From the NCBI GenBank assembly GCA_050084985.1, contig JBITNC010000001.1, forward strand, positions 70,246,001 to 70,310,000: 64,000 nucleotides of DNA. The letters run 5' to 3'. Positions 38,234 through 50,059 of the stretch are shown in pieces. The stretch's first letter is position 1. Each line of letters begins with the position of its first letter. Under the pieces are notes generated by a model, which was not told the origin of the DNA, did no database searches, and worked only from the letters and a program-made list of their open reading frames with translations. A program made the translations under genes and the position numbers. The DNA comes from Nageia nagi (Eukaryota > Plantae > Pinophyta).

Positions 38234-40915
38234 ATGAGTGATATTGAGGAAGAAAATCAAAGCTATGAGGTAGAAACATCACAAATGGGAGTTGAAAATG
38301 AGCAAAAAAACACATCAGTCTTTGATTGCCCATCCACAATGTTAAAACATTTTGCTAAAGGCCCATTTAATCCTAAAAAAACCACTGTTACAGTTTGTCA
38401 CAAACCTAGATGCTGGGAAAAAGATTGAAGGGGGAGCAAGAACTTATAAATGTCACATTTGTAACTCCACATTTAAAGGGAGTTATACTAGGATTGAATC
38501 ACATTTGACTGATAAACAAGGGGCAGGGGTGAGGGTTTGTAAAGAAATGAATAAATTTATGTTTGCAGAAGCTAGTAGGCTTGCACAAGAGGCTTACCTT
38601 AGGAATCATGGGCTGGCCATTCCTAAATCTACCCAAGCCTCCATTGTTTCCTCCTCCTCATCAGTTAGAGAAAAAGAAATTGGACTCTCTTCTAGCTTGC
38701 CAAGTCCTACATTCCCCTCCAAAAAAAGAGGAAATATAGCTGAAGCATTAAACTTGCAGCAGAAAGAGAGAGCTGATGATGCAGTGGGAAGATTATTTTA
38801 TGCACATGCCTTGCCTTTTCATCTTGCACGCTCACCTTACTTGAGGGCAGCATTTGAGGAAGTAAGGTTGGCTGGACCTTCATATGTACTACCTGGCGAG
38901 ACTAGACTCCGTACTTCTATTTTGGAGAAGCAGTATAGTAGATGCAGTTTGATGATGTCGGAGATGAAGGCTACATGGGTGCGTAGTGGATGTTCCATTA
39001 TTATGGATGGATGGACTGACATTCGTCAACGTCCACTCATCAATATAATGGTGTCATGTTCAGAGGGTCCTTATTTTCTTCGAGCTGTTGATTGCTCGGG
39101 AAAAAAAAAGGATGCAGAGTTCCAGTTCCTCCTGTTGAAGGAGGCTATTGAGGAGGTTGGATCCTCCAATGTTGTCCAGGTAATCACTTTACTAAGTTTA
39201 AATTTTAAAACTTTAAACTTTACTTTTAGTTCTCTAATTTATTTTTTGACATTTGTTGTAAAAATGCCAAACGGCAAACTGTAACGTTTTAATTTTTTTT
39301 GTACAGATAATTACAGATGCAGCCCCTGTTTGCAAGCGTGCAGGAAAATTGATAGAGGGCACTTACAGGCATATTTTTTGGACCCCATGTTGCGTTCATG
39401 CATTGAATAATGCATTGAAGGGCATTGGGAAAATAGATTGGGTGAAGAATGTTGTTGCAGAAGCGAGAGACTTGCAAATGTTTATTTGCAACCATCATAC
39501 CTCATTGGCCCTCTTTCGCTCCTTCTCAAAGAAGGAGTTTCTTAAACCTGCAGATACGAGATATGCCACTTATTTCATCCTATTGCAAAGGATGATTGAG
39601 GTGCAGGAGGCACTACAATCCATGGTAGTTTGTGTAGAATGGAAGAGGTGGCCAGTATCTCAAACACAGGAGGGAAAAAGACTTAGAGATAAAGTCTTGG
39701 ATGAGAATTGGTGGACTGAAGCCAGGTAACAAAGTTTGAAAGTTTCACTATTGTAGTTTGAATTTCAAGTTGGATTGGTCATTAGGTAATTGTTCAATTA
39801 GATTTAACTTTCTAAGTTTTTTAACTCTTTTTTTTTTTGAATGTAGGTACATTGTATCTTTTATTTCCCCAGTTTTTGAAGTGATAAGGTATGCCGATAC
39901 GGATTCTCCTAATTTAGGAGAGATATACGAGACCTTCGATAGCATGCTTGGGGAAATGAAAAGAATAATTAATGCCAAAGATCCTTCTTTTTATGAAGGC
40001 CATATTAGACCCATCATAGAGAAGAGGTAACAAAAACAAATGTTGATTGTTAACTTTAGAGTTTAGTTTCAATTTGGTTTGTTAACTTTTGTCTTTAAGT
40101 TTATTAAATTATTTTTTTTAACTTTTTGTAGGTGGAATAAAATGAATACCCCTCTCCATATGGCTGCCCATGTGTTGAACCCAAAATGGTATGCACCAAA
40201 GATTGGGAAAATGGCACCTAATGATGATGTTGAGTTGAAAGATGGGTTCATGAACTTCCTTGCCAAGATGTTTTCACGAGAGGATGGTCGTATAGTTAGA
40301 GAGGAGTTTGTAAAATTTGTGAGACTTAAGGGTCCTCGTTTTAGCAGGCAAGAGTGCAAGGAGGATAGGGCTACCATTGCCCAAACTGATCCCATTGGAT
40401 GGTGGGAGCTATATGGAGATGATGCTCCACACTTGAAGCATCTTGCGATTAGGCTCCTTTCCCAGGTTAGTAGATGCCATTGCCATGCCATTAAGTATTG
40501 TACTATGCTCCTTTCTCACATAATCAAAAATGAAAAATCTAATTTGAATGATTGTTTGTAGGTGGGTAGTTCATCTGCTGCGGAGAGAAATTGGTCTACC
40601 TATGGCTTCATCCATAGTCTGCGAAGGAATAGACTTACTTCTCGTAGAGCAGAGAAGTTAGTTGCAGTGCATAGCTCTCTTCGCCTTAGTGAGAGAGTTA
40701 CGCCAGAGTATAGAGCTAGTCCAGCTGCACGTTGGGACATTGATCCAATGGAGGCAGGCCAGCTTGAGGCTGATGATGATGAGGCTGATGAGTCGATGTT
40801 TGGATTGCCATTGCATACTCTTCATTTGGATGATGAGAGCATATCGTCAGATAGCTCAACAGATGAGGAGGATATGGATGCACAACCATTAGCACATGAG
40901 CCTATAGATCCATAG
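38234..40915 (+). CDS. hAT transposase (BED zinc finger, DUF659, hAT dimerisation), 5 exons: 38234-39179, 39307-39725, 39847-40026, 40132-40465, 40562-40915; one +1 frameshift near 38375
   Basis: All four introns are GT-AG and phase-compatible; CHIC..H..C BED finger; IIMDGW, IITDAA, PCCVH and AAERNWS motifs; removing one A of cctAAAAAAAcca gives 743 aa. Confidence 0.9.
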
Positions 40916-43900
40916 ACTATAGTGGTTATTTAATATTTTGGCATTTTCATTTTGTTATTCAAACACTTATTCGTATTCCGTATTCGACATACTGATGTCC
41001 CATCTATGTATTTCATTCAGTCTTTCAGACCTATGGGCTATGGCCTATGACATTATGATTGTGTTATCAGATTTACGGTTTAGTGGTTTACCCTTGGGCT
41101 TTTTTAATTTGATGGGCTATGAAGTTGAATTTCTAATTGAGTAATTTCGATTCCGTGTTTTTAATTTGTAATTTTGTATACATCATACATAATTAAATTT
41201 GATAATATGATCATTCATCATAATAAAAATGAATTGGAAATGATACTCTTAAAAATCTAATAATTTTTACTAGAATTATGTTTGCCGTTCCCTAGCCGTT
41301 CCCTGCCGTTCCCCAAAAGACCCTATTTTTTCCCCGCCGTTCCCGGATACGCGTTCCCGCGTTCCCCCGTATCCCCGTCCCCCAGGCGTGTGGAACACTG
41401 GTTTTAAGCCTATTGGCAAATTTAATGATTAAATTGAAACTATTATCTGATTTCTATGGCTGGTCTCAATATTTGGCGTTCATGATTTTATGTGAGTGTT
41501 TTGGGCATGATTTTATGTGAGTGTTTTGGGCTGCAAGGTTGGGCATCCTAGAATGGGATCCTCGGCCTTGACTGCATCAGAGCATTTTTTAGCAATGGAA
41601 AAGGTAGACCTTATGCAAATGTTAGCTTCCTATTGGTCATATCCTCTCAAGGAGGGGGCAATTTCAGCAATGACAACTTTCCTTCGTTGCGTCCTACTGC
41701 AGTTGCGAAAGGCCAAGTATGTATGTTTCAAATCTCTTTGATATTTCTGAAGCAGCTCAAAAGATTAAAAACATTTAGAGAGATGACATTTGGAGATTTA
41801 AGGCTAACTGTCCCCCAACACAGTAAAAAAGGGACCAGTAGTCAAAAAACATTGCCTTCAAGAAAATATTGGCAAGCCAAGCACCACAACATTTAAAAGG
41901 CAAAATTGCTTTGATCTAATTCCAAGGCATAATTCATCATTTTCAAAATAGCTCACTGTTGTAATTAAAACATAAGCAAGTTTACAATGACTTGGCAATC
42001 TTTCTTATGATGACTCTTAGATTAAAAATAACCTAGCTTGACTAAACAAGCAACAACAACTAAAACACCCCCTTTCCCTCTTTTTGTGAGCTCTTTTTAT
42101 GATAAATAACCAATTTTTTAGTTCAATATCTGTGACCATACAAATCAGATGTATCCAATTAGTCTCAAGTCGTGAGCGTACTTTAGACAGCAAGGTAAGT
42201 GCCTGCAGTGCATCTGACCAATATGATTTAATTTGCTATTTTTGATACAAGGGTATGCACATGGTTACTGAAACTCACAAGTTAAGTACAAGTCAAACCA
42301 AGTACTTCCCATGTATAATAAGCTTGATAGACTCATCAAGCAGTAGGCTTGACTGATAGATTTTTACAATTACTCACCACTATTGATCAACTGAAAACTC
42401 AGAAAACAATTGAAGAAACTTGGCTCTTATCATGAAATTGAAAAACTATAATCAGACTTTTGTACAGTTTTTGTGTGTTTTACAAAACTTGCCTCTGGTC
42501 ATGAAAATTGAAAAGGAAAATCAAAATTTTGCACATTTTTTGTGTTTGTGTTACAAAATCTGTTCATTCTGAACATTAATATAGATTTAACCATTTGCTA
42601 TTCCATACATGTTACTCTGATATTTAAGATGTTTGTAAACTATATTTAGCAGAAAGAGAAATTAAAAACTGATTTTTTCTAGAGTATCTAAGGTATTTTT
42701 TTTGTTTCCTTTAATGGAAAAGTTCTGAGAGTTACTTGAGTTGCAAAACATCTGTTGGCCTTAGACCACAAGAAGTCATTGCAAGTATGGATCTGGCTCC
42801 CTAGCTTCACATATTTGAGATAGAAAAGAGAGGATATGATAAACATTTTCATTGTCAACAAGCAATAATATTTATAGCGAGAGGATACTGAACTGCTAAT
42901 GTAGTGTCGTAGGTTGTATAAATAGCAATAATGATGTAGTCTTGTAGGTTGTCTAAATCGGCTTTATGAAATCCTTAGACTATTCTTACGCACTTTCTAC
43001 TTTTCTAGTCCCATTGATACGTCTCATAATTTGTAAAATATGCCCAGTTTTTCTCGAGTAATCATTTGACTTCTACATGTGTTCTACTATTAGAATTATT
43101 CTACCACTACAGACATTTTCTTTATAAGATTAGAACATCGGATCATGTTTTATCCTCTTCAAATTCAAACATTTTAAAAAATTTCCACACTGGCTAAGAA
43201 AGATCATTGTAGACCAATTTACTACAGGATTTATCACAAGGACAAAACCTAAAAGATGTAAATTTAAAATAAAAACTTCATTTGTTTCCACGTGACACGT
43301 ACTTGAATTCCACATGCCATTAATGGTGTGACCTAAAGTACCAGTTTTAATAGCTCTCTGTGATAGAAGATAAAGTCCAAATAACCTAAACCATTTTTGC
43401 CAAAAAAAAACCAATTTCAGTTTCAGCTAGAAGCCTGTTTATGTACAGTTTGCGCAGTGGATATTTCTTCATATACATTCACTGATAAGCAATTGTACAC
43501 TAGTATCCATGGGTTGACATCTCTAAGAAGATCGATATAACATCTGTATATTGACCTATAAAGAAAAAACGAAAGAAAGTTTATTAATGTACATGATTGA
43601 CCAAAACCCGTCAGGGATCGAGGGAAAAAAAGTGGTAACAAATTATTGTCTGAGCCCAAAGGAGATGTCTGACGTCAAGGAAACCAAGATTAACAAGTAA
43701 CAATAACTAATTTAAAGAATGTTAGAAAGTATGTTATCAATAACTAATTTAAAGGATTTTGTGTTCTGTTTTCACTCACAATAATGGGTGCCTACTCCAA
43801 TGATGGTACCATCAGAAGTTTTAGTGAGCTATGAGGGATAAGTCCACTTCCTAGTTCTATACAATGATGGTACAATCAAAAATCCAAACGTAGATGTCAA

Positions 43901-44364
43901 TTGTTGTGTATGCGAACTTCAGACATTTACCGAAGTTACATGATGACATGTCAGCTCATGAAAATGAACATGTAATATACAAATGATATTTCTATCTTTC
44001 ATTTTGTCCAGATTGAACTCACATTAAATGTGATTACAATTTTCCTGTTCTAGTGGTCTAAATATTAAATGTAAAAACCTAAATACATTGGATCATTCCT
44101 TCAACCCTGAAGTTGATCATTTTGCAGCAAAGAGTGCACAGCAACCATTTAGATGCCTAAAACTACATATCTCTCTTTTCCATGCAATTAATCCTTAGAT
44201 ACGCTCAACTTCTAAACAAGCGGATTTTACTAGCAAGAAACAAATTTAAAATTTTACTCCAAACAATATGTCAAACTATAGTCGAAAGGGCAAGGAACTT
44301 CCTATATAAGTCTGGGCGTAGTAAGCAAATAAATAGAAAGGTGAAAGACGAGAGGGATTCGAAC

Positions 44365-44636
44365 CTTGACCATCGTTTTCTTGGGGTCTTCGCGAAGGAG
44401 GCGGCCAAATTCGAGCTCCATCATTTGGTGTCGATCCAATAGGAATTCTTCTTCTTCTGCTTGGAGTGGTTTCTTCCTTCCATCAGCTGCGGCCACCACA
44501 ACATGTTTTCTGCTACGACTTCGGCAGCTGGATAATGGCAAATGCACAGGAAGGATTTGCGATACATTACGGGGTTTCCAGAAACATTTTGAAGCTGGCA
44601 AGCCTTGAATTGATGTTGAAATTGTGTAATCTCCAT
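44365..44636 (-). CDS. SDP: SDP-like exon 1: transit-peptide-like leader plus QMMELEFGRLLREDPKKTMVK; start codon uncertain
   Basis: S/R-rich, acid-poor leader ending VVVAA, then the conserved MELxFGRLLxEDPK motif; the ATG at 44636 is 1 nt out of frame with this reading. Confidence 0.8.
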
Positions 44637-44889
44637 TATCCCTTCCTCCTGCTCTGCTTCGGCTCTTAGCTTCCTCTGGTTGGTGTTTGCTCCGGAACGA
44701 TGGATTGGATTGAATTTGCAAGTAGCTTGAATTTGTAATTACTTTATTTATGAGTTATAATTTTAATTTCTTATTATTAAGAGATTATTGAGTCTATGAT
44801 AATTTCACCTTAGTATTCTTCTTTGCTTTTATTGTTGTTTTTATCTGATAGGTCAATTTCAAGCTTGAGGTCCTAGATGAAGTTCTCTT

Positions 44890-45400
44890 CTTTCATTTAA
44901 CTATGTATCTTCTTAAGCTTTTCGTATAAAGAATAAAGAGGAAAAGGAATATAGGGTCATCTTGGTATATACCTCTTGAGGTTTGGAATGGTTGAGAAGG
45001 GATGTTATTATGAGGATAAAGAAAGAGGTTAAAGAAACATATTTCATTATCCACAAGATCCATTCTTCCTTGAACTTGATTTTGCTTAGAATTTTAACCA
45101 TAAAATCCCAACTAACTATATCATAAACATTAAATAAATCAAGCTTTAAGAATATTTTTTTATTCTCTCTTCTAGTGAGGGTGTGAAAATAATTCTAACC
45201 TGTAATTATACAATCAAGAATTAGTCTATCTTGAATAAAACATCCTTGTTCTTGGCATATGATTTTAAGGAGAATTTTTTTAGTCTCTCAACCATCAATT
45301 TGGTAAGTATTTTGTAGATCACATTGCATAGGGCAATCAGCCAAAAATTAGCAATATTATTTGTGTCTTCTCCCTTTGAAATCAAGGCTAGGTGGGTGTG
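44890..45400 (-). mobile_element. L1 LINE reverse transcriptase fragment
   Basis: IALCNVIYKILTKL..RLK; KLDL..VYD.VSWDF..WILWI; SRGIYQDDP motifs on the minus strand. Confidence 0.85.
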
Positions 45401-45486
45401 GTTGAAGACTATGATGATCCTACCATTTTACCTTATTTATTCTGTAACTTTTATCAAATCTTATGCAATTTTCACTACATCAAAAT

Positions 45487-46299
45487 TGATGTTTAAAGGA
45501 GGTTATTTTACGACAATTGAAAATCAGCTTTACAAGCCTATTAGGAACCTAAAAGATCTAAAACGAGATTTGAGTTACATAACAGAGAAATATGAACTAG
45601 CAACATAACCAATCAACAACAAATTAACAATACAAATCAGAATAATAGCAAGATTACAATAGCAAAACTTTATTGATAGCAAAATGAATTGTAGATTGCT
45701 TCAAGGGGGCTACCTCCTTACAATTCAAAATAATATATTTTCCAAGATAATGTTTATTCCTCTCCTACACATATTTGTAGTACTATTACTCTGACCCTAA
45801 TCGATCATTCATTACAAAATGATGATTAACCTTACAAATTATGTCAATCCACCTTACAATTTAATATATGTCAATAATCTAATTAATTAATTAATATAAG
45901 TTGAAAATTGGAAAATTGGAAAATTACATACCAACCCCCTTAAAAGAGAGTTTTATCTTCAAAGTTGAAAATTGGAAAATTGTTGTTGAAGCTGATGAAG
46001 TATCTCTCAAGTTGCATCCTCAAGGGTTAATCCATGTCACTATATAAGAACTTCAGTAATGGTGTGGTTACATAACTGGCATGTACGTCAATCTAGAACT
46101 ACCTCAAGTTTAACCATTATGGAGCCATCATCAGAGAATTCATGTAGTTTAGTTTGAACCATGGCCTGGGATCCTAATACCTTCTTAATACAACAGACAT
46201 GAAAGACAAGGTGAACCTTTGAATATCTAGGTAATGCTAATTTGTACATTACAAGTCCAATGTGTTGGATGATTTTGTAAGGCCCATAAAATTATGGAG
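45487..46299 (-). mobile_element. 3' end of a chromovirus-type Gypsy element (integrase C-terminus/chromodomain, PPT, 3' LTR 45487-45928)
   Basis: FYGPYKIIQHIG..YKLALP..VHLVFHV; chromodomain-like W..LTLEDAT; PPT agggggttgg adjacent to the LTR. Confidence 0.78.
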
Positions 46300-47230
46300 C
46301 ACTACTAGGAAAAGGCTTATTTGCATCTTTTTTATGTCATAAAAATATTTATAAATACATCGATGTAAATTACATCAGAATGCATCACCTTGTGTCAAAA
46401 ATATTTTTTGAATTTTTGCATATTTTTCAATGCAAATTCTGATACAAAAATCGATGCAAATTTTACGTTATATTTTACAAAAAAAATTAAAATGCATTTG
46501 ACCTATATTCATTGATCCACCAATCGATGGCTCACATTCACTTTATCCTCCATCTGTACCAAAAGTGATTACCTAATAGCCAAATACCCTCTCTGAACTA
46601 TATATATAAATAAACCCTCCTTGTAATCATCACATTTCATAGGCTTTAGCTATTTTATTTTCTTAGGTCTTTGCTTTATATTTGAAATCCTTAGATTTCA
46701 GGTTTCGATTGAAGTCATGGAACCCAAGGTAGAGAAGAATCCCATAAAGAAGAAACCAGTGGTGGAGAAATATTTGATTGCATAAAAGAAAACACCTTCA
46801 AAGGCTGATAAGAAATTGCTCAAAGAAGAAGGCGAGAAGAAATGGATAATAACATCAAAATCTTTACCATATTATTCGGAAAATATATATATAATAAATT
46901 CAATTTTTCAAAACTTGAACCACTAACCCTATTCTTGAACTGGTCCAACAAACCAATGTCATTGCCTTAAAGACCTATTAAAAAGGAACTCTAAGATACA
47001 GAGCAAATCACATAAGTGAATCAAAAATTGAGTAATTATTTTAATAAAAATGATGTACCTTGAAGAGGTTGTAACTTTTGATCATGATATAGTTTTGAGC
47101 CCTTTTTTAAAAAATTGCATAGAATTAAAAGATCTAAAATTCTATAATGTCTCCTTGCAAAAGTCAATGCAAAAAAGGATGCAAAATTTGACTTATAAAA
47201 TGACATAAAAAATGATGTAAAACCCTTTCT
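46300..47230. mobile_element. Non-autonomous CACTA-like element, right tip deleted
   Basis: Starts CACTACTAGGAAAAGG; inverted copy of the sub-terminus (tgacataaaaaatgatgtaaaaccctttct) at ~47200-47230; atcgatg subterminal repeats. Confidence 0.7.
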
Positions 47231-48916
47231 ACAACATAATTCTATTGTAGAGTATAAGGGATTATAAATTACCTTTTGATCTCATGCTTTACACAAAAGT
47301 TGTTGAACTCATTGCTTATGTATTCACCCCCCATTATCTGACCTTAGAATTTTGATCTTTACATTGGTTTGATTTTAAACTAAGGCCATGAAGTCCTTGA
47401 ACATAACAAAGATTTGATCCTTATGCTCTAGCAGATACCCAAACATCATCCTATTAATTTCATCAATAAAAGTAAGGATATATGATGCTCTTTCAAGTAA
47501 CTTAGTTTGAAATTGACCGATCAAGTCTGAGTGTATCAATTGGAAGGTTGAGATGCCTTTGTTTTCTTATCCTTCTCAAAATTTTATCTTTTCATCTTCC
47601 CTAAGATGTAATTTTCATGAAGGCCAATGGAGGGTAATATTAGAGGCAATCCTTTCATAAGTTCCTGATCCTTCATAAGTTGAATACTTTTATGGTTGAG
47701 ATGGCCTAATCATTGATACCAAAGGTTGCCTTTAAACAAACATTTGTAGCTAGGCACAACTTAGTAAGCACTTGATCAACTATACAAAGATCATTTTTAA
47801 CATATCCCTTTATTGAGGTTGTAAACCCTTTCCTTATGCTCCATGAGTTTGAGTTGAACTCAAAGGTATATAATTTTCTTGTAATTTGAATGATTGATAA
47901 AATATTGATCCCTAACATGGGTACAAAAAGCACTTTTTCAATCACCTTACCATGCATTAAGTTCCAATCCCTTGAACTTCTAGCATTGAGTTATCTTTTA
48001 TCACTACCATCATCTGCTCTGTGTTTGTGAAAGTTTTCAAACTTATTTCTCTCAAAACTCATATGATTAATGCAACTTGAATCCACCATCAAATCATTTG
48101 AAAAAATACGAGACTTAGAATAAAGACAAACACTTTTATTATTCTTATTCCCTTTGAATTTGTTCACTTTATCTTTACCTTTGCCATTTTCCTCCTCTTT
48201 TTCTTGTAGCAATGATTCTCTTTGTGACCATAGATGCCATAAATGTTACAATTACCATCAAACTTTTCCTTATATGCATGAGGTTTGCTTGAATTTCTTT
48301 TATTATATGATGATTGTTTCCATTCTTTTTTACATTTATTTTAGGATGAGCATGAGGAGACTTATTATAATTTTTGAACTTCTTCTTGAAGTGAGTTGAC
48401 TTAGTTGTACCTAAAGCAACATTGTGCTCCTTTGGAGTAGAAATTAACACTTTCTTGTTTATGGTCTCTTCATGATTCAAGAGGAGTATATAAATATTCT
48501 CTAAAGAAAGGATTTCCTTTGAACATCATCAAGCCTAGTCTCAATAAAGTCACAAAGTGACTAAACTTGGTTGAGAGTCTTTGTAAGATGATAAACACCA
48601 TGAATTCATCATTGATCCAATTACACCCATAACTCATATGTTGGGTCCTTATATCAATAATCTTATTTGACTAGATTGCAATACCCTCATCTTTCTCTTG
48701 ACAACATTGCAAGATCTTTTGAAGGATGATGAAAATTTTAGAGAATTTAGATCCAAGGTAGATTTTCTTAAGCTTATCCCATGCTTCTTTGGTGGATGTT
48801 GAGGTCAAAATCATGAGGATAACTTCATCTAAAATTGCTCTAAATATCATAAAAGTTGCCAACTCATTTATGTTATTATACACCTCTAGTTATTTAGACT
48901 CTATTGGTTTGACTTG

Positions 48917-49392
48917 TGAAGGATTTAGACCTACTCTAATCCTCAAGGTCCAAGACTAGGAAACTCAATCATTCAACATAACACCATTTACACAAGATAA
49001 CACAAATATAATGTGGTTCCTCCCTCCTTGGGTGTACATCCACAACTAGTTCTCAATTCTCAATCTATGCACCTCTTACAACAATTCTCTTTCTCTCCTA
49101 CACAACTAGTAGAGTAATCTTACTCCAAAAACTTAGTTATGTTACAAGAGGAGAGGCCCTCTATTTATAGCTTGAGAGCACCTCCCTAACCTCCCTTTAA
49201 CCCAAGGGTAAGGTTAGGGTTATAATAAATGTATCACCTAACTTTAACCTACCAACTAACCACATGGTAAAGTCAAAGTCTACATAATAAAGAATTCAAT
49301 TAATCCCTTAAGGTATCTACATATCCTTTAAGTGATTAATTGAATTTACAAGGAGTTTAGATATTCACAATATTTCATTACAAATTCTAACA
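48917..49392 (-). mobile_element. Solo LTR related to the flanking Copia family
   Basis: TGAAGG...TTCTAACA; perfect TSD ACTTG; shares tgtggttcct..tacatccac and ctctatttatag blocks with the LTRs at 50060, 58734 and 61659. Confidence 0.85.
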
Positions 49393-50059
49393 ACTTGATT
49401 ATCATTAATCATTTTCTAAAGTTTGCATTCTTGAAACTTCTCTTTCATCCTTGGTTCCCAGATACCATAGTTGAACCATCAAGGATGTGCTTAGGTGAAA
49501 AAGAGTCTCCCATTTCTACAAAAGAAAGATCAATTTTGATTAAAGCATAAGAAGCATCAACATAAGATTTGTAAACATCATAAATATCATCACCATTGCA
49601 AGTAATATAATAATTGTAAATAATAAGCTAACCAAATTTGCAAGTATCATAACCATTGCAAGCAACAAGCTTTTAACTAACCATCATAACAATTGCAATC
49701 AACTAATATTATTAACCATATTGTTCATAAAATTATCTAAATTGTAAATTGTTGTTATGGTTAAAAGAACTTGTATAAATTTGTGCAAATTAAAAAAATA
49801 AATTAACAATTTGTAAGTTACAAGTTAGTAGCTTGTTTGAGTTAGTAATTTGTGGTTAGCAAATTGTAAGTTATGTTAGTGCACTTTGTTTAACACTAGG
49901 TAGATTTAAAGGTTAGTAAGTCTTAATTTACAATTGTAGTTAGTGTTTGAGATTAGTATTTGTAGTTATTTCACATTTAATTATTGAATTAATTTGAGAA
50001 TTTGTTGATTATTTAGCCACATAAAAAAAGGATAAACACTCATAACAAGGGTTAGTAGT

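Larger units (their letters stand above)
37516..41400 (+). mobile_element. hAT DNA transposon, full length (3,885 bp), inserted in the CRM 3' LTR
   Basis: Perfect 11-bp TIR CAGTGTTCCAC; perfect 8-bp TSD GTTTTAAG; CGTTCCC subterminal arrays at both ends; internal transposase. Confidence 0.97.
19006..41579 (+). mobile_element. CRM-type Ty3/Gypsy element (non-autonomous derivative) with multiple nested insertions
   Basis: Homologous LTRs 19006-21325 and 37204-41579 (TGATGCA...CTGYATCA), each interrupted; perfect TSD GAGCA at 19001-19005 and 41580-41584; degenerate Met PBS at 21328; CRM-like gag and protease. Confidence 0.9.
18455..44364 (-). other. Intron 1 of the SDP-like gene (25,910 bp)
   Basis: AAG/GTTCGA donor at 44364 and TGCAG/GTC acceptor at 18455 join EDPKKTMVK to VIGRKLNPDA in phase 0, recreating the conserved N-terminal motif. 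Confidence 0.88.

Noticed and set aside
38234-40915. Domesticated hAT-derived host gene
   Set aside because: Intact TIRs and TSD and insertion within an LTR indicate a transposon, not a domesticated gene.
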